A stretch of 64,000 bases of DNA from Zootoca vivipara (lineage: Eukaryota): positions 6,076,001-6,140,000 of the forward strand of contig NC_083290.1 in NCBI RefSeq assembly GCF_963506605.1, read 5' to 3'. The translations under genes and the position numbers were made by a program. The notes under the pieces are model-generated. The model worked only from the letters and a program-made list of their open reading frames with translations. It was not told where the DNA came from and did no database searches. Of this stretch, positions 10,942 through 23,784 are shown in pieces; position 1 is the first letter of the stretch; each line of letters begins with the position of its first letter.

Positions 10942-11287
10942 GAAAATTAGAATATAGTCGAATAGTGCATTTATTTCATTAATGCAACATAAAAGGTGAA
11001 ACCAATCTATGAGATAGATGCATGACATGCAAAGCAAGATATGTCAAGCCTTGATTTGTTGTCATTGTAATTATTTGTCGTTAGGCGGGTCAATTATAAA
11101 TGGAATGTCATTAATGAAATGTCATAGCGATGTTTATTTTTTGTTGATTTTTGTATGATTGTAACTATTTGTTTTATTCCTGTGGAATTTCCAAAAGAAA
11201 GCATTTGTCAAAATTAAAATAAAAATAAAAAATAATAAGTCGCATTAGTGAAATAAATACATTTTTTGACGATATTCTAATTTTCCA

Positions 11288-11319
<32 letters not shown>

Positions 11320-11430
11320 CTGAATACTGGTATATGTATGTGTGTGTGTGTATGTGTGTATATATATATATATGAAACTCGGAAAATTAGAATATCGTCG
11401 AAAAATGGATTTATTTCACTAATGCGACTT
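10939..11430. mobile_element. Three Tc1/mariner-like terminal segments in +/-/+ arrangement with microsatellites
   Basis: ggaaaattagaatatcgtcgaaaa...atttatttca motif at 10939-10988 (+), 11237-11294 (-) and 11373-11430 (+). Confidence 0.5.
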
Positions 11431-11479
11431 TTTATTTTTTATTTTTCTTTTAACACACACACACACACCTGTACACTGG

Positions 11480-11518
<39 letters not shown>

Positions 11519-13574
11519 GATCGCTTTATATTTTTAATAAAAATCTCAAAGCGGTTTACAGCATATTAAACAAATCAATAAAACATTAGCCGGGCGATGT
11601 TCCTCCGGCTTCACGAGAAGCCTCTTTTATTTTATAGGGCTGGGTGAGTGAGTCTGGGCCCCGTCCCCTAGGCCAGGTGGAAAGGGCCTTGTGGAGAGCG
11701 GCCTTCACACTCACAGCTGGGCGATGTTCCTCCGGCCTCATGAGGACCCTCGTTTTCTAAACCAGGGAGGCTAGCTTCTACACCCTCCCTCCCACACCCC
11801 TCTCTATCCTCCACCCAGGAAAGCAAGGGGCCTTATCACAGTGCAAGGATGCATTCCTGCTAGGCAAAAGCATTCAAGGAAAAGTGCAGAGCAAAGTCAC
11901 CTGGGGAGAGTCTTAGGGCCAGACGGAGAGCTCTTCAAAATGTGGCTAATCTGACCTGCTATGTTTGCTCATTCATTCTTCTGAGAGAGACACTGTGTTT
12001 CTGCCTTCCAGTCGTGTCCTGTTGGCGCCATTTCCTATCACATTCCCTCCACTGCCCCCGGTTAATTACATTATGGAATGTCCTCTCCAGAAAAGCTCAT
12101 TTGGCACCAAAATAAATTATTCCGCCACCAAGTGTATTATTATCTCCCGCTTCTGGTGTCTCACAACATCATATGCTTGCCATTAGCTAACTGCCTAGTT
12201 TGCTGGTTCTTAGACTGGTGTATGTTGGCTTTATCTAACATTGCACTGCTATTGGGGGGAGGGGGGAATTCACTAGAGATTTTTAAAAGTAAGTTCAAGT
12301 TAATTGTAAACTCAGTTTGAATTGAACCATGAATTCAGAAAAACAGCCTTCAAATGCCTGCTGAAATAAAAAATAGGTATTCACCAAGCACCCGAATTTC
12401 CATGTCAACTGGGATGGGAGTTATAGTTGCTTGGCAGCTGCCTTGAAGGCTGTGAGATGTTAAAATGTTTTAAAATAAGCTAGAATGACTATTTGCCATG
12501 GTGGCTGGAGCATGTCCAGAGGAGAGTGACCAGGATAGTTGAGGGTTTGTAGTTTTTTAAGGGTGCTGGGAATTGTAGCACTGTAGTGGAGGGACAACGA
12601 CTACAATTCTCATTAACTTTTTTTTTGAGGTGGTCATGTACTTTAAAAGTATGGTGTTTACACAGTTCACATCCTGTGATGACTATTTTTGAAAGAGCTG
12701 AGTTTAGGTTAGAAAAGGAGGAAATAAGGATCAAGAAAGATACGATAGCTGCCTTTGAATATATGCTGGCGAGACTAGAATCAACGAATGGAAATGGAAG
12801 ATTTCACCAATACATTATGAAAAAAGTTTCAGAGGTATTTGACAGTGGTGAAGGCTGCTTCGAGAGGTGTCCAGCAATCTTTAGCTGGAGGTATTTAAGC
12901 AGAGTCCAGAGTCCAGACTCTGAACATCCATCTGTCAGGATGAAACCTGCCTTGAGCTTGAAGGTCAGAATGGATGATATCTGAGTGCAACTTTATAATA
13001 CCAAGTCATAAAGTTATATGTATGTTTTTTATCTATTTGGGGGGAGGGGCAAGGATTGTATTTTTTAATTTTATACTTTTTTGGAGGGATAAATAAAATA
13101 AACAAGCATGAGAAGAAATATGAATGCAGTACACAAACACAGCATGCCCCTGTTTGTTGGCTGCTTGTTTTAAATCCCACAGATTCTTCCCATCCCAGCC
13201 AGCTGTCGCCACCTACAGAGTCTTTGGTCCATGTTGTGCTCTGGACGGTCTGAATGGGTCCCTTCCTGGTCTTGTTGTGGCCTCCACCAATATGAGTCAC
13301 CCCCTCCCACCCCCAAAGTGTGGGAAATGCCCGACATTCAGACTCTTGGGGGGGGGGGCGGTTACGCATGGACATGTTGAAGTTGAAATCTGTAGGGATA
13401 CAGGAATTCTTCTGATACAGGACGGGGACAAAAAAAAGTCCTGATGGAAATCTGGAAAGGGATCACAAAACCTCTTCTTCCCTTCGTAGCTAAAGAGGAA
13501 GGCTTTAATCCATTTTAATACAAAACTAGATAACAGGAGCATTTCGTTCCCCTGGACTTTCTGAATGTGCTGTA

Positions 13575-13770
13575 GGGGGAAGCTCAGTGGCAGAATATCT
13601 GCTTTGCTCACAGAAGATTTCCAATCCAATCCCCGCCATCTCCAGGTAGGCTTGGAAAGGTTCCCTGTCTGAAACCTTGGAGAGCTGCTGCCGGTCAGTG
13701 TAGACAGTACTACCGGTAAGCTAGATGGGCCCAATCGTCTGAATCGGTATAAGGCAACCTCCCTATGTTA
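13575..13770 (+). mobile_element. tRNA-derived SINE (squamate Squam-type)
   Basis: agctcagtggcaga A-box head; body ctgaaaccttggagagctgctgccggtcagtgtagac; tail aggcaacctccctatgtt; many copies in the window. Confidence 0.65.
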
Positions 13771-15711
13771 ATATCGGGAATATGCTGCAGCATCAGTTAA
13801 ATAGCTTTTGATAGTTACTAGCCATGATGGCTCTATATACACTGGGGGTGCTGTGGCCCTCCAGACCTTTTTCTCTGGCCCTTGGAAACTCCCCCCACGC
13901 CACTGCTCCACCCCACCCTCTTTGGGTGCTTTTGCCTGGCTGGAATGGGTCCTTGAACTGTGATAATGTCTCTTGCTTCCCCGGAGGGAGGACGGACAGA
14001 TGTGGGGTGTTTGTGTAGAAATCTCTGACTCCTGTGTGGCAGGAATATAGCCCACTGTACAAAAACAAAATGTAATTAATTCTCTGCTCTGTCTGCTTTG
14101 GCCCACTTAACTAGCTATTGGCATGTGGCCCTTGTGGAGGTTGGCAATGAGGGAATGCAGCCCTCAGATGGAAAAATCCTCCCCACATCTGATTTATATA
14201 TGATGTCTCTGAATACGAGTTGCTATGGATCGCAAGCGGGACGAGTGGTTAGCGTTAGCCTCTGTGGGAAACAGGATGTCAAACTGGTCGGGCATTTGGT
14301 CTAATCCAATAGGGATCTTCTGATGTACTTAATCTCTTGATCAGCTAAGATCTGTCCAATGAACCGGGCAACAATTTCCCTTTTTAAAACAATTAACATT
14401 TAAAGAAAAGACAAGTGTTTATAAAAGGATATTTCAGAGCTAGAAAAGTTTCAGAAAAGGGTATGCGATGTGATCTGGAGCAACTTTCTGAGGCGAGGTC
14501 ACCGAGTTTGGTGCTTTTTAGTTCAGAAGAAAATATGAGCAATGGGTGGGGATGTAATAGAGGTTTGCAGAATTGTGCATGGTGTGAAGAAAGAGAGAGG
14601 CTTCTCTCCCTCTGGCCTCGTCCACATTTCCGCTCTTGTGCCATATTTTATTCTGCAGAAAACCCGACTGACATTTGTTACCACTCAGCAGCAAACAGTG
14701 GGTTTCTCCATGGAAGGTGGCAGGGCAAACAAAAAATCTGAGACAAGTGTGGATGACCATTCTCTCTCATAATATTAGGCCTCAGGAGCATCTAAAGGTT
14801 CAGGACAGACAAAAGAAATGTCACACAGTGCATGGTTAAACTATTTAATTAAGCCAACTTAAGTGGCTTCGAAAGAGGATTAGACAAAATCAAGGAGGAC
14901 AAGTCTTACTAGCCACAATGGCTGTGCTCCACCCCCTCTGTTGGAGGCAGTAGGCCTTGGAATTCCAGTTTCCGAGAATCACAGGTGGGGAGAAGAATGT
15001 TGCATTCAGGTCCTTTTGTGGGCTTCTCATAGGCAGAGGAAAGTCAGAGGTGGCACCTCTTGCTTTTTATGGCCTTTCATCCCTGATCCTAATCCTAATT
15101 ACTGAAAGAAACAACAATATGCTAGGGCAATTGAAATCCTGTAGTGGCATAATAAAACCTTTAATGTGGGTTGAGACCTAGACAATGAGAGTCAAATGTG
15201 CAGTTTCATGCAACCAGTGAAGTAGATTCTAACTCACAAAAATCTTATTCCTCAGTCATGCTGAACTTTATAAAATAATTGTAGAAGGCAATATTTTATG
15301 GTTTATTATTGTTTATATTTTGAACACCAAAATCTTTTAAGGGCCTCTAAAGGTCTTCATCTGCCCATGATTACAAGGCTCAAAGCCTACCTGATGCCAA
15401 TAGGATTTCCAAGGTGCAGGTGTTGCCACAATAAAAGATTAACTAAAAGACATCCATGAGAGGGGGCACTTCATCTTGTCCTGTAACTCTTCTCAGTTGG
15501 ACAGAGGTTCTCTGCAGTGTCCCAGGCCTCTTCCTAGGAAGAGGACTCCCTGTGAGCTGGATCAGGCAGGACCCGGACACGCAAGACAGGCTGATTCATG
15601 CTGAAAAAGTAGTGCTAAGTTATCTATGTCATTAGAACTACACCCAAAGGAAGAAGCATTCAGCATTCCTCCACCCACATTCAACATCTGTTGTTGATAT
15701 GGTGCAGAGTG

Positions 15712-15910
15712 AAGGAGCCATAGCTCACTGGTAGAGCATCAGCTTTGCATGCAGAAGGTCACAGGTTCATTTCCTGGCACCTCCAGGTAAGGTTTGGGCT
15801 GCCCCTGTCTGAAACCCTAGAGAGCTGCTTCCTGTCAGTGTAGACAATATGCACTAGGCTAAATGGACCACCAGTGGTCTGATTCAGCATAAGGTCGTTT
15901 CCTATGTTCC
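15712..15910 (+). mobile_element. tRNA-derived SINE
   Basis: gccatagctcactggtagagc...caggttca (A/B boxes) and the same body and tail as other copies. Confidence 0.7.
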
Positions 15911-16335
15911 ATACACTCTTGTGCGTATCTTTGCCTTCTTAGGGGGGCTCAAAACTTGTTTTTTACTTCAAGTAAAAGCACGGAGCTCACACAGATTGGC
16001 ACTTGCATGGTTGGGATGAGCCTAGCTGATTGGTAGAGCCCCTGCTTGCATGCAGGAGGTCCCAACTTCAATCCCTAGCAGCAGCTGGTGGAGATGGAAA
16101 TGACCCCTGTCTGAAACCCTCGGCAGCTGCTTCTGGTCAGTATAAACAACACTGAGCTGCGTGGCCAATACCGGTAGGAACATGGGCAGCCGCCTTGCAC
16201 TGAGTCAGCCCAATGGCCTATCTAGCTCAGCTTTATCTATCCTGGCTGGCAAGGACTCTGCGGGATTTCAGACAGGGAGCCTTTCCAGCCTTACCTGGAG
16301 AACCCAGGGTTTAAACCTGGGACCTTCCTTTAGAG

Positions 16336-16471
16336 CAGGCACCCCCAAACTTCGGCCCTCCAGATGTTTTGGACTACAATTCCCATCTTCCCCGGCCACT
16401 GGTCCTGTTAGCTAGGGATCATGGGAGTTGTAGGCCAAAACATCTGGAGGACTGCAGTTTGGGGATTCCTG
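16336..16471. mobile_element. 136-bp hAT-type MITE
   Basis: CAGG...CCTG terminal inverted repeats, internal palindrome, perfect 8-bp TSD CTTTAGAG. Confidence 0.88.
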
Positions 16472-16499
16472 CTTTAGAGTTTGTTATGATGGTTTACAG

Positions 16500-16635
16500 C
16501 AGGTATCCCCAAACTTGGCCCTCCATATATTTTTGGACTACAATTCCCATCATCCCTGACCACTAGTCCTGTTAGCTAGGGATGATGGGAGTTGTAGTCC
16601 CAAAACATCTGGAGGGCCAAGTTTGGGGGTGCCTG
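16500..16635. mobile_element. 136-bp hAT-type MITE (second copy)
   Basis: Same family as 16336-16471; perfect 8-bp TSD GTTTACAG. Confidence 0.88.
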
Positions 16636-17431
16636 GTTTACAGCCTGAGAGGGGAAGAAAGGGGAAATGGAAATGAACATATTTAGCTCCCAACACTTTC
16701 ATACTGTCACATAATGACTGATGGCAGGGCAGTTTTGGAAGGGAGATGCCTAGGGATGGGCTGTCTCAGCCTGGCTGATGGAGTGGGCCTTGCTGCCTCA
16801 CCTCTCCTGCTGCAGCATCCAGAGGGAATGGCCACGGAGGGAAGCCATTCTTCAGAGAGGAGGAGCTACAGATGGGTGAATCTTCCATTTTCTGCTTCTC
16901 TCAGTTTCTCGGTTTCCCAGTCTTAAATTCAGTTCCCCACATCTCCAGATCAGTTTGCGGATTTATTTATTTTTTATTAAAAGTAATTGTGAAAGCTCAC
17001 CAGAGTTTTAGTGCACATTTCCCCTAACAATACATATTTTCGCTTGCAGTTTTGCCTTTGTATACAATTTTTTGCAAAGCAATTTCCCCCCAAGATAGTG
17101 CAATTTTTAAAAATGATACAGTCTTTCTGTGAATATGCATTTGTATGCACACTTTACCGAAAGCTGTGCATTTTTGTACACATTACGTGGCTGGAGAACT
17201 GCAACGCAAAATTCAGAGGAAGTGTGCCTTTTTTGTTGTTGTTTTAAAGAACTTTATTTTCAACTTGTTTATTGCTTCCATGATATTCTTTATAAAAAGT
17301 AACAACTGATACATAATAAAAACATTAATAAACCCACCAATACAAGATCAAAGAGTGACGTTTCTTGTATATAACTTTTCACCAAGCCTAATGCTATGTT
17401 TATTGGAGAGGAAGTGTGCCTTTTGAATGAA

Positions 17432-17449
17432 TGATAGATAGATAGATAG

Positions 17450-17487
<38 letters not shown>
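17432..17487. repeat. (ATAG)n microsatellite
   Basis: Tetranucleotide run with one interruption. Confidence 0.9.
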
Positions 17488-18261
17488 CTTTATTGTCATT
17501 GTACATAGTATGAGTTTCCATTCCCATCTTATTTCGGAAAGTACAAATTAGGTAAGTTCGGCTTTAATGGAAGTGGAATCACATTTCTTCCTTCTCCCAA
17601 GTCCCAACCAGGCTGATGGAGTGGGCCTTGCTGTCTCAGCTCTCCCCCTGCTGCCACCCGGTAGAATGGCAGCTGACGGAGGCAGATCTGGGCTAGGAAG
17701 AACCAAAAGGCGGCCTCCTCCCCAACAACTAACAAGTTTGCAACAGCCATAGAAACAGCAAGGATAACCACATAGTTCCATGATCAAGGCCGGCCCTACC
17801 ATTAGGCAAAGCAAGATGTCAGGTGGGGATGGGGGATAGTGGTGGCAAGTGGTTGGATAAGAGAACTGTGGGTGCCCCATAGAGCCTGTCCTGCAGCTGT
17901 TTCCCATTGGGACTGGTAGGGTGGCAGACAGGGAGCCCAACAATAGTGGAGCCAGAGCCAATGACAAGTGGAACTGACTCTGGTTTTGTCCCCATCTTCC
18001 TCCCTGCTGGGCAATACTGAGACTAAGGAGGAGGAAGCCAATAGCCAGTGACACACTCTGGCTGGTTGTGAGTGGGGGACTGCCTGAGGGCCAACTGTGC
18101 TTGGTGAAGCTTTGCCCCACTTGCCCTGTAGATCCAACCGTCCCTGCCTGCACCCTCCAAGCTAGCCTGCTGACCTCTGATACAATCAAGGATGCTGCCC
18201 CATTGCCAGTGTTGAAATAATATTCACCTGCACAATGCACATGCCACGAGGGATGCCACCA

Positions 18262-18462
18262 TAGGAATGTAAGAAGAAGTCTCATACTGAGCCAGATTGT
18301 TGGTCCATCCAGCTCAATATTGCCTACACTGACTCGCAGTGGCTCTCCACCATTTCAGACAGGAGTCTCTCTCCCAGCCCTACCGGGAGATGCAGCCAGG
18401 GATTTAATCTGGGATCTTGTGCATGCAAAGCGGATGCTTTACCACTGAGCTTACGGGCCCTT
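18262..18462 (-). mobile_element. tRNA-derived SINE
   Basis: Reverse-complement copy of the SINE at 15712. Confidence 0.65.
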
Positions 18463-21400
18463 CCCATCTCATCATCCTTCACTGCTTCTCAGCTGGCAAA
18501 AAGTCTCGGGCTGGCCATGTACAGTCACACAGTCATCTCCCCACTGGGGACTGGCATTTCCGTGGCTAGTGGCTGCCCCTCATATATGCACAGATCATTT
18601 AGCACAGCTAAGGGCAGTGTCTCGCTCTGCCCGCACGCCTGTGCCTGCCAAGAAGATCACAAGCACCGCCAGATCTGACAGCCCGAAATCGCCATCATGG
18701 GGGAAGAAGGATTGAATCCTGGCTGAAACTGAGACTGGGCAAAGCCTGTCAAACAAAGAGCTCACATCAATTCTCTAGGCTTCCATTTGCCTCGTGGGCT
18801 GGTGTGAGGAAAGCCAATTTAAGTCCTGCATGGATCAAGGCAGCCCAGAACTGAATCTCACGTCCCTTGGAATAGGACATGTCAACAGCAGCACCTTTGC
18901 TGTCATTGACCATTGACAGGGAGCAGGGAACCGGAGGCTCAAGAAGATGACTCAGTTCTGGTATCCAAGTTGTGTCTCTAATCAAACTCGTTGCCAGCCC
19001 TGTGCCCTGTCCCAGAGAGTTGCGAGAATTGTCTGAGGATCCTAGGAAAATGCCTTATTGTTGGCCAGACCATTTGTTCAGCTTGCCCAGTACTGGCAGG
19101 CAGCTCTGACCGGCAGCAGCTCTCCAGGGTTTCAGGTGGAGAGGTGGACTGTCCCATCGCTTGCTACTTTATGTTTTTAACTGGAAACGCTGGGAATTGA
19201 ACATGGGGACGTCTGCATGCTAAGCAAGTGCTTGACAACTGAGCTAAGGTTCCTACCCACTTTGAGCCTGTTGATACACCTCTGACCACAAGAGAAATGT
19301 TTCTAACAGACTTTCAGGTGCTGGCCCGTTGACCAACTCCTGTTAACTGAACAGGAAATTAGATTGTTCCAAAACAAAAGTGGAATTTTTGGTTGCCTCC
19401 CAGTGTATACAAAGGTGGAGCTTGAGCAAGGGGCTTGGAGCAACATTATTGAAACATTGAACTGTGGCTTGGTGCTACGTCTGAAGTAGGAATGGGAACG
19501 TAATGACTATGTATTCAGCAGAGAGAAGGGCACCTGGATTCCTTGTAAAAATAGAAAATACTGCATTCAGATAATCTAAACTGATTTAAGGGCCACATTA
19601 CTCCATTGGAAAGCTGTTGGGGGCCACATTACAGTAGGGGGCTGGAGGCCAGACTTGCACACAATCACACACGGTTAACACAAGTGCAAGCTCTAAATGC
19701 TCTGCAGCCAAGTAATGTGGACAAAAATGCATGTGTACTGCAAAATATGCATGGAAGCTCAAAACATTAGTGAACATAACACACAAAAATGTGTTATATT
19801 AGGAGAAATTGCTTTGGAAAACAGTGCTGCATAAATTTTCATGAGGACTTTAAAAACCTGCATCGGAACCTGATGTGGAAATGGGGAGGACTCAAAACTG
19901 GAAAAATGAGAAAGCGAAAGAAGCCAACATTGACAGAATCCCGCACCCCCACTTACAGAGAATCCCAGTGGGCTTCTCTTAATGTGGTTTCCCTACCATG
20001 ATTCTGCTTGCAATAATCTGAGCAAAGACGCTCCCCTTTGTCATCGTCCCTGGTTTGAATCAGAGGAACACCAGCCCTGCCCTGACCCCCATTCTGCATG
20101 CCCTTCGACAGAATTACCTGTGCATACAGCTGTGGCCTTTGTATCTACATGGAAAGGTACATGTGTTTATCTCTGCATGTCCCCCTTAACAAAGAAGTAA
20201 CCACAATCCTTATCGCAAGGCTCACCTCTCCCTGCTGTAAAACAAGTTTTATGGTCTGGGCAGACTGTCCTCTTGCTTATCCAGAGAGATGGAGATAATT
20301 CTGGAGAAGGATCCAGTGACATCCCTGGCAATAAACTGCAATTGAAAAGGAAGTGGGAGGTTGGGGGGAAATTGTATCCAATGGGTCATTTCAGAGGAAC
20401 AAAGTTTGCGGATGTGAAGTCTAGAGATAAGAAACAGAGAGGTGATCTTGGCAAATGGCTTCGATGCACGTAGGCCTTTAAGCTTCTCCCACACTCCTGT
20501 CCTGATAAAGCAGGTCAACCTGATTTGTGTCAGGCTCTGGGCTTAATGACCTCAGGTGGCCAGTTCCACAACTCTTCAGCCAGCGAGTACAGCTGTGGGG
20601 TGCTGAATGCAGATAAAGTAAATAACATTTATTTTAAAATCTTCGTTCTGATATTATGCTTCCGTTGTGTTTTCAGGCGTGGGGGACCTGTGGCCCAGAT
20701 ATTGCTGGAGTCCCAACTCCCATCAGCCCCAGCCAACTTGGCTGATGGTCAGAGCTGATGGGAACTGGAGTCCTAGAGGGCCACAGGGTCTCCACCCAGG
20801 TTCACATAATGAAAATCCATGTTTGGTTTTTTTTTCTTGCCAGTGTGAGGAGCTGGGAAAATGAAACAAAGAACGCTGATAAACAAAATTGTAAATAGAG
20901 AAGAATGCATTAGTGCAACTAAAAATAACACAGAATCCTGCAGTAGGGCTGTAACTGCAATCCTATACACTGAACTCAATGGGTCTTACTTCTGAGAATA
21001 GACATTAGAGTGACCACCTAGGCATCATTTTAAAAAGGAGATACATGTTTGCAATCAGAAGAGAGATGGTTGAGGGCTTCCATTTGAAACAGCGCCCTCT
21101 CCTGTCCTAGTGCAGTATGTGCAAACCCACCCACTTTCTCTTTCTTATTCTAGGTGTCTGGAGATTTTGGATTTCTCAAGAGCCCTGAAGATTTGCTTTG
21201 CAACTAATAATTATGGACATTGGCATGGTATCATTCCATCTACTTCTGATGCACAAAGGTGTGTGTGATTATAATTATTTGGTCAAAACAGCATCAGTCA
21301 CACTCAAGAATGGGAGGCATTAGAGCATATCACAAACTTTTTTGGGGGGGGAGAAATCCTAAGGGGGAATTCCCCACCTCAGAAATAACTCAGTGAGCAT

Positions 21401-22818
21401 GCTCAGTTATCACAGAATGTTGACTATCAGGGGAAAATATGGATATCTAGAGAAACTGCATACAAAAATTGGTGTACTAGGAGAAATTTGCATTTAAATG
21501 CTAATGAATTTTGGTAATGACTTTAAAAAAACCTGTCATGGAAATGTGGAGAACTGAAATTAAAAGTGGAATAATGAGAAACTGAGAGAAACCCAAATTG
21601 ACAGATGCCTTCATCCTTATGTAGTTCACATGGTTAAGATTCTTACTGCAGGCCCTCCAGATCTTGTTGGACTACAAAGCCCATCATCCTTAATCATCGG
21701 AAATACCGTACTAGTTGGAGTTGATAGGAATTTAGGTCCAGCAACACCTGCAGGGTGACAGCTTCCTCATCCCTGGCTTAAAGCTTCATTGCTGCAGATG
21801 GCAGGATCTGAACCAATGGGTTCAAACAACAAAAAGAGGGGATTCTGGTGAAACATTATGAAGAAATTCCCAATGGTATGAGCTGTTTGACAAACTGGAA
21901 CAAACTATGTCAGTGGGTGGGTGAACTCTCCCTTGTTGGAGCTTGCTCAGCAAAGGTTGGAAGGCAGATTTCCTGGGATTGGATTAGATAACCTTTGTGG
22001 CGACTTCCAACTTTACAATCCTCTCTTTATCTATCTGCGTCTAGCTATCTGCTCTTGGCATTTCTCTCTTATCTATCTAGACATCCAACCATCCATCCAT
22101 CTTTATCCCCATCTCTCTCTCTTCAAGAGGCTTAATGTTTGGCAGTTAATTAACGCAATTCCAGTGTAGGCGTCCAAGATGAGATTTGAGATGGAGAAAA
22201 CCACACAGAGAGATTACAGGGAGCTTATTAGATGCATTTGCTACCTAGGACCATCCTAGCAACCTCAGGGTTGGGAGCCATCACCCTGAACTAATAACCA
22301 AAATGTTTTGACGCACAGGAGTTAACGTTTAACCCACAGCTTGGGTAGTATTCTGGAAAGCAGAAACCTGTTGTGTTCAACCCCCACCCCCAACGCCTTG
22401 GAGCCACAAAGCCTGAGGGCACCCAACTTTCCATCCAGCTTTGGACTGTAGGCTATGGGAAGAAAAAGAGCGATCATTTAAAAGCTTGGCGTGTTGTCAT
22501 TGGGAGTCACTGGAGCTAGAACCAGGTCTCAAAGAGCTCTGGGAGCAGCTTCCTGATGTGGTGAGTGACCATACCTTGCAATATTTTCTAAGGCAGCGTA
22601 AGAATCCTCAGATTCTGGACTGGACCTCCCAGCACCCAGGTTGCCGTTAGCCCCTCCTAGGCAGAAACGGCGGTAGAGGTCTCTGTGCTTAGACTGAGAT
22701 TTTGCCAGAGCAACAACTAACTTCCTAGCCCTGACTCCTGCCTTTGACTCTTGGCTTTGCCTTGCTGGCTCCTGCTCCCCTCTGATCGCTTCCTGATTGA
22801 TTTGGCCTGACCCTCACC

Positions 22819-23784
22819 ATGATTAAGCACCAGAGCTGCCTCAACCGCACCACTCACGTTTGGACTAGTCACCTGGTGCTTTCCTTGGGTGCCCCTCAGC
22901 TGACCATCTCCTTAATCTCCGTCTTCTTCAACTCTGCCGTCATCTTTGCCGTGGTGTGCTCCAAAGAACTGCACAAGCCCATCTTCATCCTTTTCTGCAA
23001 CATGGCCTTCTCTGACCTCTTCACTAGCTCTTCAGGCTTCTGGATCGCCCTGTTGTTCATCACCAACCCTCAAAGTACCACCAGTGGGTCCAAGGAACTC
23101 CTCACAGCGTATGCCTTCTACGCCATGTCAATCCTGGCCACCATCTACAACTTAGTTCTCATTGGGATTGAGCGTTACTTGGCTGTGGCAGAATGCCTGA
23201 GGAGAAGATGGTGGCTTGGCAGGAACCAGATCCTGGGCATGGTGCTGGGTGTCTGGGGGCTTGGCTTCTTTTTGGGCTTCCTGCCCCTGATGGGCTGGAA
23301 TTGCTTGGATGGAGAAAACGCCTCTTCCCTTTACAGCCCTCTGTGTATCAACTACCTTATTTTCATAACTATCCCTCACTGTGCAGTGGTTTTGGTCCTC
23401 CCTTTCTTCACCTACTGCGGCATCATTGGGTTTTTGAGGAAACACAAGATGGCAATGGGTGCCTTGGGGCAAACCCATGCCTCCTACAGGCTGGCTGAGA
23501 TCCAAGTAACCCGGACAAGTATATTCATCTGGCTGCTGGCTATGCTGTCTTACACACCCTTCTTTGCTGGCGTTGTCCTGGATATAACCACTCAGCAGTG
23601 TCCCAACAATTTCTCCATGGGTGTCTACGTCTTCCGAAACCTTACCGCCATCATGATCACCATGAATTCGTTGGGGAACCCCATCATCTACACCCTGAAA
23701 GTGAAAACTTTGTGGCACAGACTCAGGTTTTTGAAGTCCCCTTCCAGCAACCGCATAGAAGTGCAGGCCATTGGGAAAATGTGA
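22819..23784 (+). CDS. Intronless orphan class A GPCR, EDG (S1P/LPA)/cannabinoid/GPR3-6-12-like, 321 aa
   Basis: Kozak-like caccATG; seven hydrophobic segments; N1.50 (FFNSAV), NMAFSDL (D2.50), ERYLAV, W4.50, LPLMGWNC family signature, P6.50, NSLGNPIIY; no C3.25; N-terminal NRT sequon. Confidence 0.9.
   Translation: MIKHQSCLNRTTHVWTSHLVLSLGAPQLTISLISVFFNSAVIFAVVCSKELHKPIFILFCNMAFSDLFTSSSGFWIALLFITNPQSTTSGSKELLTAYAFYAMSILATIYNLVLIGIERYLAVAECLRRRWWLGRNQILGMVLGVWGLGFFLGFLPLMGWNCLDGENASSLYSPLCINYLIFITIPHCAVVLVLPFFTYCGIIGFLRKHKMAMGALGQTHASYRLAEIQVTRTSIFIWLLAMLSYTPFFAGVVLDITTQQCPNNFSMGVYVFRNLTAIMITMNSLGNPIIYTLKVKTLWHRLRFLKSPSSNRIEVQAIGKM

Noticed and set aside
12586-12984. 132-aa ORF
   Set aside because: Spans a decayed CR1 fragment interrupted by a MITE; no coherent protein
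15140-15255. Possible second Penelope/hammerhead remnant
   Set aside because: Core CUGAnGA and GAAA boxes are not intact; too degenerate to call
15712-15790. tRNA-like sequences (several copies)
   Set aside because: These are SINE heads followed by a shared SINE body, not tRNA genes
17548-18285. 245-aa minus-strand ORF
   Set aside because: Starts in a SINE tail and crosses a repeat also present at about 2230-2340; no domain features
23152-23718. 188-aa ORF antisense to the GPCR
   Set aside because: Antisense shadow of the coding strand
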